This document shows, in pieces, positions 21,127 through 30,935 of a DNA stretch of 64,000 bases. Position numbers and translations under genes: made by a program. The stretch comes from a virus. Lineage: Duplodnaviria; Caudoviricetes. Location of the stretch: IMG/VR virus record IMGVR_UViG_3300031418_000003; one strand, given 5' to 3'. How positions within the stretch are numbered: the stretch's first letter is position 1; the number at the start of each line of letters is the position of its first letter. The notes under the pieces were generated by a model. The model searched no databases. It was given only the letters and a program-made list of their open reading frames with translations, and was not told the origin of the DNA.

Positions 21127-21239
21127 GGCAACTCTCCGATCGATGATTTTGCGTTTAAGAGCGTCCCGTTCATTAGCGTGTTCGATAAAATAGCTTATTG
21201 CTTTATCAACTAAATCCGGGGACAGGTCTCTCTCATCTA

Positions 21240-22862
21240 TTAGGAAAGATTTTCCTCGATGGTGTTCGATGTTTCTTCCCTGATACCAATCATCATTCGG
21301 GTACGGTCGAAAAAATTCATAACCGGATCAATTGGAGTAAACCCTTTGATCAGTTCATGGTCTTCGCCGTCTGCTTCCTTTTTGCACGATGGACACGCGT
21401 CATTCGGAATACCTACAAAGGTATACGTCATGCGAGGAATCACTGTAACCAGACGTTTGAGGGTATCGACGTAGAGATCTTCATCGTCGTTAAAGATATC
21501 CAGCAGTCCTTCTTCAAAGCTGCGAGGATCATCATCACGGGCAATGACTTCAACTTCGCCCTCTTTACCCGGTTCTGGATCATACTCAATAGAACCAATC
21601 CACTGAGTATACTCGCTGCCACGAATCCCGGACATGTACTCTTTGCGTTTCTCTTTAAAGTCACGCTGATTCGGGAACTCAATGGCCAGCTCACGCAAGT
21701 CCGGGTTAATGCGGTCACGCATGGCAGCGTAGGTTTCAAAGTACTCGTTCAGCGTAGGCACTTCAATGTTCATCCGACCCACACCTGGGATAGGAATAAC
21801 GTTATCGAGTGCCTTGCCTTCAGGATCATTATAGACTGGACGCCATTTGGCCAATTCCTCACGAGAAAGCTTACGGGCTTTGTTAACAACTTCGTAGAGA
21901 ACTTCACGGCGATCAGCTGGCATGTCTTCTTCGATATCCAGAATCATTGTGGTAGGATCCACAACCTGAATCTCGTTATGTTGGCATTTGTTTGCCACGC
22001 AGTACATGCGGAAACTCACACCCTTCGGTGCAGTGATGCACAACAGGCTCATCACGATAGGGTTAATATCGTTGGCCAGGATATACTCTTTCAGTTCGTA
22101 GACATCAGCGACGTCTTTGACACTATGGTAATCCAGGCGGTCCAGTACAAAGTCAACCAACAGTTCCGCAATACCTGCACGTTCTAACTGAAGTGAATTG
22201 ACATTGAAACGTTCACCGTAAGTCTGTAACCGAGTTGCAATGGTGTTGATCAAACGAATCAGATCCGGTGCAGTTGGAATCACCACGCGCATCAAGATCA
22301 TGGAGTTTAACAGAATAATGTTAAACTTATCCGGCTCACCGCGACCACCACGCAAGTTACGACGCATACGGTCACGTACCGACAGTTCACTGTTACGCTG
22401 TGGGATGATTGGATGGACTGTGCCAATACGGCTACCGTCTTTACCAGGAACAGTGTTACTGAGGTTATCGCGATTCAGTAATTCCAGGTTTTCATCACGC
22501 AGTAACAACCGGTCGGCGGTGCGCATAATAAAGGTCATGTAGTTGACCAACATCGGAACCAGATCAGCTTCTTCCATTTCTGGGAAGTTCTCGGCTACCA
22601 GTTCGTCAAACTTCACCTTCAATGCTTTTGCATCACGGGCAGGGGCACGTTCATTGACTTGTTCAGCCAGTGCTTCCTGCAGCGCAGTATACGTCATTGC
22701 CGTTTTATAGATAGCGCGGTGAACGTCACCGACTTTACCGACGAACAAAGGAATAGCGGAAGGGTCGTAATTCTCCATCTTACGAATTACGGCATCACGC
22801 AATACTTTTATTGCGGTTTCCTTTTCGATTCCTTTCTCAAGTTCACTCTTTTCTTCAGACAT
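21240..22862 (-). CDS. Conserved chimallivirus protein with Cys motifs (CVANKC, CPSC)
   Basis: 540 aa; the two Cys clusters could form one Zn site; function not assignable. Confidence 0.65.
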   Translation of the reverse strand: MSEEKSELEKGIEKETAIKVLRDAVIRKMENYDPSAIPLFVGKVGDVHRAIYKTAMTYTALQEALAEQVNERAPARDAKALKVKFDELVAENFPEMEEADLVPMLVNYMTFIMRTADRLLLRDENLELLNRDNLSNTVPGKDGSRIGTVHPIIPQRNSELSVRDRMRRNLRGGRGEPDKFNIILLNSMILMRVVIPTAPDLIRLINTIATRLQTYGERFNVNSLQLERAGIAELLVDFVLDRLDYHSVKDVADVYELKEYILANDINPIVMSLLCITAPKGVSFRMYCVANKCQHNEIQVVDPTTMILDIEEDMPADRREVLYEVVNKARKLSREELAKWRPVYNDPEGKALDNVIPIPGVGRMNIEVPTLNEYFETYAAMRDRINPDLRELAIEFPNQRDFKEKRKEYMSGIRGSEYTQWIGSIEYDPEPGKEGEVEVIARDDDPRSFEEGLLDIFNDDEDLYVDTLKRLVTVIPRMTYTFVGIPNDACPSCKKEADGEDHELIKGFTPIDPVMNFFDRTRMMIGIREETSNTIEENLS

Positions 22863-22891
22863 CTTTCTTTTCCTGTATAGAGGATGAGGGG

Positions 22892-23599
22892 TTATTCTGT
22901 AGTTGCGACTTCAGCCTCAGTTTGAGGAGTTGGATTAGTTTTGCTATCAATTTCCTCTTTAACTTTTGTGAGGTACTGATAGGCGAAAGTCTGGAGAACT
23001 TCCAGTCGTTGTTGTGCTGGGTCATCGATACCTTCGATATCTTTAGCCAAACGCGCCCAGGTCTCTTCAATGATCAACGCATGCTTCTCAGCACGAGCAA
23101 CTTCGGCATACAGTTCCTCTGCGTAGTTCTGAAGTGTAGTGCCAATCTCCAGACACTCAGTGACCACCGCTTCTTCTTCATCGCGTTGAAGCAGCTTCAC
23201 AAGGTTCTGAACACGCTTGTCAATACTGATCAAGTCAGCAGAGACGGCAAAGAGATCAATGACCAGTGGCTGGTCAATAATGTTCTGTTCATCCAGTGCC
23301 TGAACCAGCGTGATATAAGAGTAGAGCTTGAATACTTCGCCTGCCGCTTTCTGGAGACCGACAACCATTTCTTCAGGTGAATTAAACTCACCATTAATTT
23401 GCTTGCGATGATTCACATCACGCACTGCATTTGCTAACACCTGATCGAACTCCAGGCGATTACCCGTAAACTCTTTACGGAAACTCTTTTTGTTCAACTC
23501 ACTTGGCGTTGTACGTGCCTTGTTAGCAGAAACTTTCTTGGCTTTAGCACGGGCATTGCGCTTGGTAGCACGCGCTTGTGAACTCTTTGCTTTGGTCAT
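22892..23599 (-). CDS. Hypothetical protein with basic N-terminal tail
   Basis: ATG 23599 follows a GAGGAG RBS; K/R/A-rich first ~42 aa, acidic helical remainder. Confidence 0.7.
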   Translation of the reverse strand: MTKAKSSQARATKRNARAKAKKVSANKARTTPSELNKKSFRKEFTGNRLEFDQVLANAVRDVNHRKQINGEFNSPEEMVVGLQKAAGEVFKLYSYITLVQALDEQNIIDQPLVIDLFAVSADLISIDKRVQNLVKLLQRDEEEAVVTECLEIGTTLQNYAEELYAEVARAEKHALIIEETWARLAKDIEGIDDPAQQRLEVLQTFAYQYLTKVKEEIDSKTNPTPQTEAEVATTE

Positions 23600-23623
23600 C
23601 TTATGACTCCTCAAAAAAGATGA

Positions 23624-24514
23624 ATGGAACTAATTATGTCAGATATGATTGATCTCACTAATGTGGATCTTGGTGTGGAAAACATGGGTGAGATGTGGGT
23701 AGACTTTATTGCTCGCTGTACACCTCATCAAGCTACACTATTCAATGAGTCGTACAATTTAATTGCAATCTCTTTCCCAGAAAGTTTCATCGACAATACC
23801 CTCAATCAATTATTCATTGATGAATCTCTGGATACGTCGGAATTAATAGCATACGTCAGAGAGCTGTTTATTAACACAATCATCGACGCGTTACAGATGA
23901 TGGGAATTGTCATTGATAAAGATTTTATCGAAATGAACAGTTTATCTGAACTGAAAAGTGTTCTGGATACAATCTATTTGTTCGATGGTCTAACCGACTT
24001 ATTGGGTCTGGTTGATATCTTAAACGATGAAGAACAAGATTGTAAAGATCGCTTTATTCAGATTGTTCAGATGACTCAACCTCAGTACGACATGAGTAAT
24101 ATGGATTACTTCATTAAAGAAGTTTCTGCTAACACGATTCGTGGTATTCTGATCGGACTGAACATCATTGATGAAGATGATGCCGAGTATGTCGATCACA
24201 CCATCCGTGACCGCATTAAAGCCAACAAGCAGTGGCTGGCTGATACTCACGGTGGGCAACACATCATTAACGGTGGTGGTGCGGGTTTAAACATCGACGG
24301 GTATCTGAAAATATTCATGAGTGACTTAGCCAAAGATTTGGCAACCAGTCCTTATGACTATCTGAAGAATGTGCTGTCGTTGATGATTGTCTCGTCATTA
24401 ACCGATTCACAAATCCAAGGTCAGTTTAGCTCATTGATTGAAGATCAAACCACAAATGTGGAAGAAGCATATCGGGCAATGGATATTCTTAAGAAGGTGA
24501 AGTTAAATGCATAA
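23624..24514 (+). CDS. Conserved hypothetical/virion protein upstream of the vRNAP subunit
   Basis: 296-aa acidic ORF overlapping the start of the RNAP gene. Confidence 0.7.
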   Translation: MELIMSDMIDLTNVDLGVENMGEMWVDFIARCTPHQATLFNESYNLIAISFPESFIDNTLNQLFIDESLDTSELIAYVRELFINTIIDALQMMGIVIDKDFIEMNSLSELKSVLDTIYLFDGLTDLLGLVDILNDEEQDCKDRFIQIVQMTQPQYDMSNMDYFIKEVSANTIRGILIGLNIIDEDDAEYVDHTIRDRIKANKQWLADTHGGQHIINGGGAGLNIDGYLKIFMSDLAKDLATSPYDYLKNVLSLMIVSSLTDSQIQGQFSSLIEDQTTNVEEAYRAMDILKKVKLNA

Positions 24515-25817
24515 GCTTGATTTTCTCTTTCTTGCTTTCAAGAATCGAGCATACACCAGAAAGACATTTCTGTTGTCTATCTTCAGTTTGGTTCATGATA
24601 CTCCAAACAACAACAAGAAGTTAGCTGAAGTTCCATTCGCAGTATTTCGCGACAATGAAAAGAAAGAACTCTATTTCATTGATGAGAATAAACAACGCGT
24701 AGTGATCGAAGGACACGATGACTTTAATCGTCCCCTCTTCTATAAGAACGACCCGATTACTGTTGACATGGATACGGTTGATTTTGTTAAAGAGAAAATC
24801 GAAACTACCATTGGGATTTTCCTGACTAACATTGTTGTGTTGTATGAGTCTTTCGGGACACGCGCTAGTTACATCAATGGTCGTATCAGTGGCGGAACAA
24901 TCATGGGTGTCATCGACGGTTTGATGGTCGATAACCCCACGCCTGATAAACCGGTACCAGAAGGTAAAGCTTCTGTTAACGATTGTTTAAAAGTGACCAA
25001 GCAGTTAGATTACCTGGAGGGGATGAACAACGTATTTGTTAAGGCATCTTCGATTGATGTACTTACTGTTCACCCTGAGGTAATTGCGCTACGTGACAAG
25101 CTCCTCAAGGAACTTGAAGACCAGGGTAAACTTGATGATCCTACTGCAGTCGCTTTGGCAATTGATGAAGTTATTGCACTCGATGCCAAAATCCAATATG
25201 CGGGACCTTCTGCGGACTTCTTCATTAACGGTAAGTTTATTGATAACGCCCGTAAGAAGATGTTTATTATCTTTGATATGGTGCCTGATTTTAATACTGG
25301 TAAATACCAATTACTTCGGAAGTCTCTAAATGAAGGGTGGGACCAGGACCATTATCCGGAATATATCAATACTGCAATCTCGGCGTCATTTGACCGTGGT
25401 AACGCAACCGGTGAAGGTGGTGCAGAGGTTAAGGTTGCTATTCTCTTAACCAACCGTATCGTAATCGGTAGTCAGGATTGTGGATCCCCGCGGACTGAAT
25501 CAGTGAAGATCACTAAACACAACTTTAAAGGTTGGGTCGGGGGATTCTATCTGATTGACGGCAAACCGGTGATCATTGAGAAAGGCGGTTCTGACTTAAT
25601 CGGTAAAGTCGTAAACATGCGCGTCCCGCAGTTCTGTCAAGAACCTGAGGATAACTTGTGTAAGACTTGTGCTGGTAATAAGCTCGGGGCAATTGAAACA
25701 CGTGTCTCAGCGGAAACGGTTTACATCTTTACCCAGTTCATGTTAACGAGGATGAAGGCCATGCATGTGTCACAGTTGAAGACAATAACCATGACCTTAG
25801 AACAGATCCTGCGATAA
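24507..25817 (+). CDS. rpoC: Virion RNA polymerase beta'-like subunit (phiKZ gp80-like)
   Basis: Bridge-helix-like SFDRGNATGEGGAEVK; beta' Zn site DCGS...RVPQFC...LCKTCAG; trigger-loop-like FTQFMLTRMKAMH. Confidence 0.85.
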   Translation: MHKLDFLFLAFKNRAYTRKTFLLSIFSLVHDTPNNNKKLAEVPFAVFRDNEKKELYFIDENKQRVVIEGHDDFNRPLFYKNDPITVDMDTVDFVKEKIETTIGIFLTNIVVLYESFGTRASYINGRISGGTIMGVIDGLMVDNPTPDKPVPEGKASVNDCLKVTKQLDYLEGMNNVFVKASSIDVLTVHPEVIALRDKLLKELEDQGKLDDPTAVALAIDEVIALDAKIQYAGPSADFFINGKFIDNARKKMFIIFDMVPDFNTGKYQLLRKSLNEGWDQDHYPEYINTAISASFDRGNATGEGGAEVKVAILLTNRIVIGSQDCGSPRTESVKITKHNFKGWVGGFYLIDGKPVIIEKGGSDLIGKVVNMRVPQFCQEPEDNLCKTCAGNKLGAIETRVSAETVYIFTQFMLTRMKAMHVSQLKTITMTLEQILR

Positions 25818-25865
25818 AAAAAAAATAAGTAACGTAACCTCTACTCTGCCTAGGCAGAGTAGAGG
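25816..25865 (-). terminator. Hairpin plus displaced T-tract between convergent genes
   Basis: cctctactctgcc-ta-ggcagagtagagg (25838..25865); A10-TAAG at 25816..25829. Confidence 0.8.
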
Positions 25866-25873
25866 ATTGTTAT

Positions 25874-26416
25874 TTAGTCAAACAGAGAGATTTCGATCTC
25901 ACCAGTTAATGCCCTTTCTTTAATGAAGTTAAATAATTCGGGTACCACTTGCTTGGTTGTCTTATCGTAATCTGGATAATGGTTAATTACCACAATCGGA
26001 TTACCTTTATACCGCATAACCATTTGCTTGATGACAGCATCGCCAATATTCTTGTTTTCAGAAAAGCCAGTGATGTTGTATGCTGGCATTTCAATTGGGT
26101 TGCCGTTTAATGCCAACGTCCAGACTTTATGTTTAACCGAGTCAACATAAAGTCTGACATACCGACCCCAAAATGCGTCTGTTAAAATAGAAGGGAGCGA
26201 ATGATCACAACAATTTTCACTGCCGATAGTCATGATGTAATTATCGTGGAAATAAACATCCCAAGTTACGGCATTAAAAGAACGAGCCTGGACTAAGTTG
26301 ACTCCTTCCATGATTCTGATTGGGCTATCCTCAGTAACCGGTTCAAAACTGCTGGACTCGGTAATGTTGAGAATTCCGATGGCAATGGTGCTCATGTTTT
26401 CTTTAGTGAAGTTCAT
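25874..26416 (-). CDS. Hypothetical accessory protein
   Basis: 180-aa ORF with AGGA RBS. Confidence 0.7.
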   Translation of the reverse strand: MNFTKENMSTIAIGILNITESSSFEPVTEDSPIRIMEGVNLVQARSFNAVTWDVYFHDNYIMTIGSENCCDHSLPSILTDAFWGRYVRLYVDSVKHKVWTLALNGNPIEMPAYNITGFSENKNIGDAVIKQMVMRYKGNPIVVINHYPDYDKTTKQVVPELFNFIKERALTGEIEISLFD

Positions 26417-26520
26417 TTGTTCATTCCTGTATAAGTTAAATTGCGTGGTAGATTACTTAAATAATATAAGTCTATTATTCTTTCTAACTAAAAAGAATGA
26501 AGACAATGCATGTTTCTCAA

Positions 26521-26967
26521 CTAAAGACAATAATTGAGGGAATAACCATTTTTCTTTAACCAATCTAAAATAATAATGGGTTCAATACGATCATATTGAA
26601 TATGATCAGTAGTTTTAAATTCTGAGAAATCTTTATTATTTTTATTATTTACCTTTATCCATTTTTGATTTGGTAAAGGTTTGATGGTATAAAGATAGAT
26701 TTCATCATTTTTATCAATACTTACTTTAGATTCGTTAGGATAAAATTCAATTGTGATGATTTTATCAGATATCGAGAATTCTTTTAAAGTATTATTCTTT
26801 TCTAAGAGTCCAGCTATTCCCATAAGGATGGCTGATTCTTTATTCTCGGTAACATAAAGATTCTTATTAGATTCGGTACTATCCCAATTTATTTCTTTAT
26901 TAGAATAATTAAATCCTGGTTTCAATATATTATTTTTATACCTAGATCCGTGATATAACACATTCAT
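26521..26967 (-). CDS. Putative ADP-ribosyltransferase-fold protein (Arr-like motifs), AT-rich gene
   Basis: LYHGS...LKPG...LYVT...IYLYTIKP...EFKT motif order; GAGG RBS; visibly more AT-rich than its flanks. Confidence 0.5.
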   Translation of the reverse strand: MNVLYHGSRYKNNILKPGFNYSNKEINWDSTESNKNLYVTENKESAILMGIAGLLEKNNTLKEFSISDKIITIEFYPNESKVSIDKNDEIYLYTIKPLPNQKWIKVNNKNNKDFSEFKTTDHIQYDRIEPIIILDWLKKNGYSLNYCL

Positions 26968-27006
26968 ACATTGCCTCTAACATTAAAAAAAAAGTACAAA
27001 TAATAA

Positions 27007-27034
27007 CCCCTACCCTCCGAAAGGAAGGGTAGGG
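27007..27034 (-). terminator. Hairpin terminator, near copy of the 13524 hairpin
   Basis: ccctaccctcc-gaaa-ggaagggtaggg; A9 at about 26986..26994. Confidence 0.8.
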
Positions 27035-27041
27035 TATTATG

Positions 27042-27599
27042 TTAGTCTTGTGTTGGTAATTCGGCGTGCAGCATCTTTACCGTTTCTTCGATCACGGTTG
27101 TATTGATGTCAGACTTGTTCAGCTGCCATTCCAAGTTACAGAAGTGTGTCTGATAACTTTGACCGTTGAGGTGGAACACTTCAAGGTCATGATAAGAGAT
27201 ACCCTGGTATTTATCGGGAATCGTCAGGAATGTACAAGCGATCAATCGTGACACACCGATATTACTCGCATCCCGGAAGATCGGGATGTTAACCACTGGA
27301 TACTCGTAGTTCGGATTGCCTGTGGTGATATGCATCTCTTCACCAAAGTCATATGCAACCAGACCACGTATGGAAACCAGTGCATTGTCACTAGCCAATA
27401 CAAGATCATTCTTATATCCGTAAAAACGGAGAGGTTCCCAGGCGTCGTAAGACTTGTTTAAGGCCAGCTCATCGCGAATGTGTTTTTCTTTGACGAGTTT
27501 AGCTTGTTCCTCTGTCAGCCCTGAAAGCACAGTATCCAATTCCTGTGACAGGGTTCTAATGTTTTTAACGGAACGCTTCTCATGGATGACGATAGTCAT
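27042..27599 (-). CDS. Divergent free-standing HNH endonuclease-like protein
   Basis: VSRLIACTF...EVFHLNGQSYQTHFCNLEW matches the phage HNH pattern HRLVAxxF...VxHxDGxxxNNxxxNLEW, with substitutions. Confidence 0.6.
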   Translation of the reverse strand: MTIVIHEKRSVKNIRTLSQELDTVLSGLTEEQAKLVKEKHIRDELALNKSYDAWEPLRFYGYKNDLVLASDNALVSIRGLVAYDFGEEMHITTGNPNYEYPVVNIPIFRDASNIGVSRLIACTFLTIPDKYQGISYHDLEVFHLNGQSYQTHFCNLEWQLNKSDINTTVIEETVKMLHAELPTQD

Positions 27600-27713
27600 A
27601 ACTTATTTCCTTGTGCGTTTAACGATGGTGTGGGTCTATCGGGGTTAGTGGTGGATACCCTCTTAGGCCAAGAATGGTAAAGTGAGTATTTTATTAAATT
27701 AACCAACTAAACC

Positions 27714-27739
27714 CCTACTCTCCCTTGCGGAAGAGTAGG
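27714..27739 (-). terminator. Hairpin terminator
   Basis: cctactct-cccttgcgga-agagtagg after the stop of 27754..28311. Confidence 0.65.
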
Positions 27740-27753
27740 AAGTTATGGAATGA

Positions 27754-28311
27754 TTAATCGCCTACAGATACGGTCAGGGTTACTGACAGTACTTCGTTCT
27801 TCGTATCATAACTGTAAGTGAACAATTCGATACGATTGAAGAATTGCATTTCGCCATACAGAGTAGTAACGTCCTGGTTGTACTCATCAGCGGCTACAGC
27901 AAGAGCAAACTGATCAACAATACCACGGAACGTTTCTTCCAGTTGCGCGTACTGTGGGGTGTTCTCTGGATCCTCAACCGGTACCATTTCGGTAACACCG
28001 GAAGCTTCAGCATCCAGACCCTGCTGATGCGCAAACAGTGCAAAGGTGGTTGCACCGACGATCTGGGTTTCGTGATCCAGTTGATCTTCTTCTTCGTTCT
28101 GATCTTCTTCCAGCTCATCGCTGTCATCATTGGCCGCAGTCAGCAGGTTTTTACCAGCCGCTTGACCAAAGACGATATTCAACGCACCTTCCAGTGCGAT
28201 ATGAATTTGTTCTGCCGACAGACTTTCAAAGAGCTCAGCGAATTCAGGCACCTTGAACTTATAGGTCACAGCCTGGTCAGGAATGATTGCATTGGTAGTT
28301 TGACTTAACAT
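27754..28311 (-). CDS. Highly acidic hypothetical protein
   Basis: ATG 28311 with GGAG RBS; about 36 D/E versus 6 K/R in 185 aa (hand count). Confidence 0.7.
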   Translation of the reverse strand: MLSQTTNAIIPDQAVTYKFKVPEFAELFESLSAEQIHIALEGALNIVFGQAAGKNLLTAANDDSDELEEDQNEEEDQLDHETQIVGATTFALFAHQQGLDAEASGVTEMVPVEDPENTPQYAQLEETFRGIVDQFALAVAADEYNQDVTTLYGEMQFFNRIELFTYSYDTKNEVLSVTLTVSVGD

Positions 28312-28345
28312 GACACTTCTCCAGGATATAAAATTTGTGTGGGTG

Positions 28346-28726
28346 TTACCAATGCATCCATGCGGATTCACTGGGGTCTACATAAAGTTGTATTCGGGTA
28401 AAGTTTTTACCCAGGTAGTAATCATATTTGAGATAGAATTCTCCATTGACCAGAAGGTTCTGATAGACCAACTCAGATGATAACTCTTCCACTCGTTTTC
28501 TAATCTCGTTATAGATCACTTCTACATTGGGTTTATCCAGATCATGCAAACAGGAATGGAGGTAACCTAGCAACACCCCATTCAGTTCACACTCGCCTTC
28601 CATCCCCAGAATTAACTTCTCACCTAACATGTACACGATGAGCTCATTTAGCTGCATACAATCTGTTTTCATTGCAGTATGAACTATCGTGTTACGAAAG
28701 GTATAACTGACTATATTGGTTTGCAT
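28346..28726 (-). CDS. Hypothetical protein
   Basis: Co-oriented ORF; start uncertain (ATG 28726 or TTG 28741). Confidence 0.6.
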   Translation of the reverse strand: MQTNIVSYTFRNTIVHTAMKTDCMQLNELIVYMLGEKLILGMEGECELNGVLLGYLHSCLHDLDKPNVEVIYNEIRKRVEELSSELVYQNLLVNGEFYLKYDYYLGKNFTRIQLYVDPSESAWMHW

Positions 28727-29099
28727 AGATTGGATTCTCAAGTACGGCTAGACGAATTAATCCCGGATACCAAAATGTCATGATATCGTGGATATTGTCG
28801 ACTTGAGTTGTAAACTCCTCTAACTTGCTCCAAAAACAACCTAGGATGATTTCTAAGCGCTCTATGACATCATCATATACATCGGCAAAGCGATCATGGT
28901 CAGACTCGCCTATGATCTCTGTGATGTGATCTCCGATGGTTAATCGTGCGTACTCTTGCATCGACTCATCAGTAAATGACAGTCCCAGTTTCTTATGCTG
29001 TTCAATCAATATAGCGACACCTGCTGCCGTGGCTTCCAATATAACTTCATCGAAAACGTCAGGAATCGGAATATTGATCGTAACTAATTCTACATTCAT
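28692..29099 (-). CDS. Hypothetical acidic protein
   Basis: ATG 29099 with GGTGG RBS. Confidence 0.65.
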   Translation of the reverse strand: MNVELVTINIPIPDVFDEVILEATAAGVAILIEQHKKLGLSFTDESMQEYARLTIGDHITEIIGESDHDRFADVYDDVIERLEIILGCFWSKLEEFTTQVDNIHDIMTFWYPGLIRLAVLENPIYANQYSQLYLS

Positions 29100-29116
29100 T
29101 GCACCACCAAACATAA

Positions 29117-29142
29117 ACTCTAGAGACCGAAGTCCCTAGAGT
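29117..29142 (-). terminator. Hairpin after the helicase gene
   Basis: actctag-agac-cgaa-gtcc-ctagagt; UUCG loop on the minus strand. Confidence 0.55.
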
Positions 29143-29148
29143 CATGAG

Positions 29149-30693
29149 TTAGATTCGTGAACCGCTATCTATCAATGTAAACTGTTTCATCTTCTTATCG
29201 AAGATAGTTTTACGTTTGCGATGATATTCAACCTGCTTGGGAATATCAGGACACACGTAATAAACAAAGATAGGATCTAAGTCAGGCCACCATTTGTCAA
29301 TAGGACGCGTACGCCCAACCATCTGGTCATTACGCTGAGACGAACTCACCGCCATTGGACTGAATACCACATACAACTGCGGTATATCTTTACCTGTACC
29401 ACAACTACCTGGTGTCGTAATAACTACCTGGTGTTCGCGGTAAGCGGATTTGGTTTCCTTCTTCTTACTCTGGTCAGCAGTAAAAATGATGGCATCCAAA
29501 TCAGGTTTATCTTTCTTCAGTCGTTCCAGGAACATACGGCACATTTCTGTTGTCGCAAAGAACCACATGGCTTTTTGACCTTCACGGTACGTATCGAAGT
29601 AATACACTTTGAATGATTCCGCCAGCATTAGATAATACTGTTCAAAGAGATACTTACTCTTCATGATCGCTTGTTCAAACTTCACATGAGAATAGCCACC
29701 AAACCCTTTGGTGTTAATTCGATACTTGTTCACATCGATACGGTGTGTGTACGCAATGACGTGAATGTACTTGGTGTATTCAGGCGGTCTGAGATAACTG
29801 GATGGCGGGAAGATCTGACTATAGATGCTATTGATGAATTCATCATCGCCCTTTAGAGTCGCTGACAGCGCTGCGGTTTTGGCGTGATTCCCAAACATCA
29901 ATGACATATAAACCGAATAGATCGATTCATGTGCCTCATCGATAATACGATACCCACAAGCAAAGTCACGATATACGTCATCTAGGCTTGGCAGGAGTGG
30001 ATCTTCTTTCATACGTTTCAGATAAACATCAATCTTGGTCAGTGGCAAGATAATGAATGAAGGATTAATCAACCCTTCTCGCATTGCCTTGTGTACATCT
30101 TCAATCGAGTGCTTATCGACAATGAGAATATCCGTTGGATGAACATTCAGGAATTCTGCAATTGTCTTAACCCAGATATCCACATAACGAGGCAACACCG
30201 TAATCAGCGTTCGCTTCTGTAACAGATAAGCCACAAAGATTGCCATAAAGGATTTACCGAAACCGGTGGTTGCGTTATTCACCACAACTGGCTTCTCACC
30301 CATCATGAACTCAACGTAGTCTTCCTGCAATTCGTTACGTGGTTTGATGTTCGGGTTCTTTAACTTGATGTTGGCGGTAGCTCCGATAATAACAGGTTCG
30401 TCTTTTATAACGATTCTGTTTTCTGCATAGCCGTTTTCCGTCATCATCTTTATCAGTTCAGGTAGTTTCTCTACATTGAACCTCAACTCGGTTTTATCAG
30501 TGTTAAACCGAGCGAATACATGACTGACTTCCCACTTGATGGCATTCGGTCCGCCACCGGGTATGGGAGTTTTCTGAACTCGATAAAAGTGTCGTTTGCA
30601 AAAAGGAATGAGCACTTGTTTAACAAGTTCAGGTTTATAGTCAGTCAAACGAACATATGTGTTCGCTTTATGCACGGTAAGTGTACTACGCAT
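29149..30693 (-). CDS. Superfamily 2 helicase (UvsW-like; phiKZ gp75-like)
   Basis: Walker A NATTGFGKS, motif II IIDEAH, motif III SATL, motif V GTGKDIP, motif VI QMVGR; ATG 30693 with GAGGT RBS. Confidence 0.9.
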   Translation of the reverse strand: MRSTLTVHKANTYVRLTDYKPELVKQVLIPFCKRHFYRVQKTPIPGGGPNAIKWEVSHVFARFNTDKTELRFNVEKLPELIKMMTENGYAENRIVIKDEPVIIGATANIKLKNPNIKPRNELQEDYVEFMMGEKPVVVNNATTGFGKSFMAIFVAYLLQKRTLITVLPRYVDIWVKTIAEFLNVHPTDILIVDKHSIEDVHKAMREGLINPSFIILPLTKIDVYLKRMKEDPLLPSLDDVYRDFACGYRIIDEAHESIYSVYMSLMFGNHAKTAALSATLKGDDEFINSIYSQIFPPSSYLRPPEYTKYIHVIAYTHRIDVNKYRINTKGFGGYSHVKFEQAIMKSKYLFEQYYLMLAESFKVYYFDTYREGQKAMWFFATTEMCRMFLERLKKDKPDLDAIIFTADQSKKKETKSAYREHQVVITTPGSCGTGKDIPQLYVVFSPMAVSSSQRNDQMVGRTRPIDKWWPDLDPIFVYYVCPDIPKQVEYHRKRKTIFDKKMKQFTLIDSGSRI

Positions 30694-30935
30694 CTGACAA
30701 ACCTCATATACTGAAACCCTGGAAGAATGGGCGTCCAAAGGATACTTGACTATCTAATTCGGGCTCCAGTACTTTAAAATACACATTCCTTTTTAAGGGA
30801 AATCCTTTTCCCTTTCAGTCACTTAGAACTTATTTATTGCATCGACTTTAAAATCTCGATAGACTTCCTCAGGAAGAGGTCCAAATATGTCCGCTAATGA
30901 TACACCGTCAGGGAACCCATATTTGGGCTGGGGTT

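Noticed and set aside
21198-22187. 329-aa plus-strand ORF
   Set aside because: Antisense shadow of the 540-aa gene.
26450-26478. Sixth copy of the early-promoter motif
   Set aside because: It has ATATTAT but lacks the correctly spaced GTGTA, so it is not listed as a feature.
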